A DNA stretch of 63,518 nucleotides, counting the filler, from Octopus bimaculoides (taxonomy: Eukaryota): the NCBI RefSeq assembly GCF_001194135.2. It is 5 parts of 5 records of this genome, joined end to end, with 100 filler letters (N's around TTAATTAATTAA, not from the genome) between each part and the next. Parts side by side here need not be neighbours in the genome. Positions count along the whole stretch, not along the records: positions 59,480 to 63,518 come from NC_068983.1; 4 more parts are not named here. One strand, 5' to 3'. The notes beneath the pieces are model-generated. The model was not told where the DNA came from and searched no databases. It was given only the letters and a program-made list of their open reading frames with translations. Positions 61,255 to 63,518 of the stretch are shown piece after piece; position 1 is the stretch's first letter, and the number at the start of each line of letters is the position of its first letter. The translations under genes and the position numbers were made by a program.

Positions 61255-61400
61255 AAAAACAGACAGGTGAGGGGACAACAAACAATGTGTAAGTGTGTAT
61301 TAGTTAGATGCTCAGGAAAAATTGGAAGAGTCATGGACGTTTCGAGCCTACAATATTCTGCAGAAAGAAATGAGGAGAGAAAACAGATGAAAAGAGGTAA
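61255..61400. repeat. Single-arm relative of the 42.5-kb foldback element
   Basis: GGGACAACAAACAA..ATTAGTT..CTCAGGAAAATTGGAAGAGTC..ACGTTTCGAGCCTAC..CAGAAAG aligns by eye with 42520-42625. Confidence 0.6.
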
Positions 61401-61487
61401 AAGATTAACTGTTGAATTATATATATATAGTTCAACATGTGCAACAGTTGCCTTTATATATACATATATATATTTTATGTACATATA

Positions 61488-61910
61488 GGCACAGGAGTGG
61501 CTGTGTGGTAAGTAGCTTGCTTACCAACCACATGGTTCCGGGTTCATTCCCACTGCGTGGCACCTTGGGCAAGTGTCTTCTACTATAGCCTCGGGCCGAC
61601 CAAAACCTTGTGAGTGGATTTGGTAGACGGAAATTGAAAGAAGCCCGTCGTATATATGTATATATATGTATATGTGTGTGTGTGTATGTGTGTGTGTATG
61701 TGTGTGTGTCTCTGTGTGTCTGTGTTTGTCCCCCAAACCATCGCTTGACAACCGATGATGGTGTGTTTATGTTCCTGTAACTTAGCGCTTCGGCAAAACC
61801 GACCGATAGAATAAGTACTAGGCTTACAAAGAATAAGTCCTGGGGTCGATTTACTCGACTAAAGGCGGTGGTCCAGCATGGCCGCAGTCAAATGACTGAA
61901 ACAAGTAAAA
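61488..61910 (+). mobile_element. SINE family A, full length
   Basis: GGCACAGGAGTGGCTGTGTGGTAAG head to AAAGGCGGTGGTCCAGCATGGCCGCAGTCAAATGACTGAAACAAGTAAAA tail. Confidence 0.92.
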
Positions 61911-62201
61911 TAATTTTTTTAAAAAAGTAATATATATATTTTTTATGCACATACACACACATATATATATATGAAATATATATATCTTTTTGCCAATAGC
62001 TATTCAAACACAATATCCTTATCACCAACAACTCTGCTTTTCTTTCGACATAAAATGATGTAGTAACGTATTTTCGTTGCCATTAAACGAGATGTAAGTT
62101 ACGTGTGCGCACGTGACTGTGAGTGTGTTTCCGTGCGTGCGCCTGCCTGCATGCGCGTGTGTGTTTCTGACTGTGGGTGTGTGTGTGTGTGTGTGTGCAT
62201 A

Positions 62202-62371
62202 TACTCTTTTACTTGTTTCAGTCATTTGACTGCTGCCATGCTGGAGCACCGCCTTAATGATTACAGCACCTAGGGTTCCCAAGCGGTCACCCATCTAAGT
62301 ACTAACTAGGCTCGATGCTGCTTAACTTCGGTGATCGGACGAGAACCGGTGCTTTCAACGTGATATGTCGG
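62202..62371 (-). mobile_element. 5S-headed retroposon: 5S rRNA fused to the SINE family A 3' tail
   Basis: The 5S 3' end ..GCTGTAATC runs directly into ATTAAGGCGGTGCTCCAGCATGGCAGCAGTCAAATGACTGAAACAAGTAAAAGAGTA. Confidence 0.7.
62259..62371 (-). rRNA. 5S: 5S rRNA sequence, slightly 5'-truncated, probably a retroposed copy or SINE head
   Basis: ATATCACGTTGAAAGCACCGGTTCTCGTCCGATCACCGAAGTTAAGCAGCATCGAGCCTAGTTAGTACTTAGATGGGTGACCGCTTGGGAACCCTAGGTGCTGTAATC has the invertebrate 5S signature with box A, intermediate element and box C; there is no oligo-T terminator and no tandem 5S unit. Confidence 0.9.
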
Positions 62372-62668
62372 TTTAGTAATACAAACAAAATAAATGGAAC
62401 TAAATACATTAATATAACTTTACTTTTTTTTTTCACTGGAGTCAACCAGAAGCTGCGACCTCGCCGGGGTACCGCCTTTAGTGTGATTGGTTTTGATTTC
62501 ACACTGTATACATATTGTATATATACAGCATGTATATTTTCTTTATTATTGACAGTTTGATAAATGTTATGCACGAAACACTCACCAACATCCTACGGAT
62601 TTTGCAACTTCCTACTATAACTATAATCATAAGCGCGCGCACAAACACACACGCATTCTCACACGCAG

Positions 62669-62691
<23 letters not shown>

Positions 62692-62699
<8 letters not shown>

Positions 62700-62913
62700 A
62701 GTGCAGAAACGTTCGTGGCTTTGGGTAAAATAAAAATACAGGTGGATCAGTTAATTATGATTTTATTCAACATATTCTCCTCTCAGATTCACACACTTAT
62801 TGTGGCGGTCCTTCAGTTTTACTAAGTCCTGTACAACAATTCGGAAGGATGGGCCTCCAACCAGACCTATCGCGATACACTTAATGCCAGGAACTTCTTA
62901 GCACCCCCTCGTA
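62692..62913 (-). mobile_element. Mariner-derived MITE, second copy in opposite orientation
   Basis: CGAGGGAGTGCAGAAACGTTCGTGGCTTTGGGTAAAATAAAAATACAGGTGGATCAG...GCCAGGAACTTCTTAGCACCCCCTCG TA; reverse-complement homolog of 48582-48804. Confidence 0.78.
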
Positions 62914-63053
62914 TATTATACACACACACACACACGTATATATATATACAGGAAATATATATATATATAGACAAATATAGATATACTTAGAAACATACAT
63001 ACAGAGAGACAGACAGACAGATAGATAGAGAGATAGGGAGAGACAGAGAGAGT

Positions 63054-63094
<41 letters not shown>

Positions 63095-63487
63095 GGTTTG
63101 TTTTTATGTCGAGTTATAACAATTATACATTAAAGTGAAGAATTACTCAATATGTTTTGTAGAGTAAATATTCATTGTATTTTTATAAAAAGAACGATGG
63201 CAGTGACTTCGAAGTTTCGACATACTAGCTGACAGTGGCTGACGGATCTGCATTAAGATATGCTAAGCTGAGGCACTGTTCTATGCACGGGACAGAAAAT
63301 TGTAAAAAGGCTTCAGAGTACAAGAATATATAAATAGATATTTGTTTACAATCAAACGTCTTGGTGTACACACATTAATACATATGCTTAAGCACGCGCG
63401 CACACACACACACACACATATAAATACAAATACATACATGCATACATACATACATACATATATTTATATATGAACACGTACATATGA

Positions 63488-63518
<31 letters not shown>

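Noticed and set aside
697-61270. Long ORFs (200-550 aa) in the ORF track
   Set aside because: They are long only because N runs contain no stops; the remaining residues are microsatellite translations (YIYI, SLSL, HTHT, poly-I/N/T).
62000-62093. Segment with good acceptor (tttttgccaatag) and donor (GAT|gtaagt)
   Set aside because: It has stops in all three frames; it could only be a UTR or lncRNA exon, and nothing in the sequence supports that.
63196-63240. Minus-strand GAAAC-TTCGAA-GTC palindromic stem-III-like motif
   Set aside because: It lacks a CUGANGA core and a stem I partner; at best an unrecognisable remnant.

Overview
This is an AT-rich, repeat-saturated animal genomic window from a gapped draft assembly, with roughly 9 kb of N in about 23 gaps. 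The SINE families, the dense (TA)n/(CA)n/(GA)n/(TAA)n/(CAT)n microsatellites and the 5S sequence point to an octopod cephalopod (Octopus-like; inference). I recognise no intact protein-coding gene. Almost every entry in the ORF track is microsatellite translation or an N-spanning artefact, so the window looks intronic or intergenic, with only weak, unverified short-exon candidates. Recognisable content: (1) dozens of copies of five recurrent SINE-like families, labelled A-E here; (2) decayed DNA transposons: one mariner, two mariner-derived MITEs and three maT-type Tc1/mariner fragments, one with a countable DD37D spacing; (3) a decayed Ty3/Gypsy gag-protease-RT segment; (4) three R4/Dong-clade non-LTR retrotransposon fragments with restriction-like endonuclease (REL) features; (5) a near-complete 5S rRNA sequence. 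The best leads are a 5S rRNA head fused directly to the 3' tail of tRNA-SINE family A (candidate SINE3 or template-switch chimera), a type-I hammerhead ribozyme fold with the U3-A8 covariant core, and a foldback element carrying degenerate Penelope-type minimal hammerhead cores in both arms. All coordinates and alignments were read by eye.
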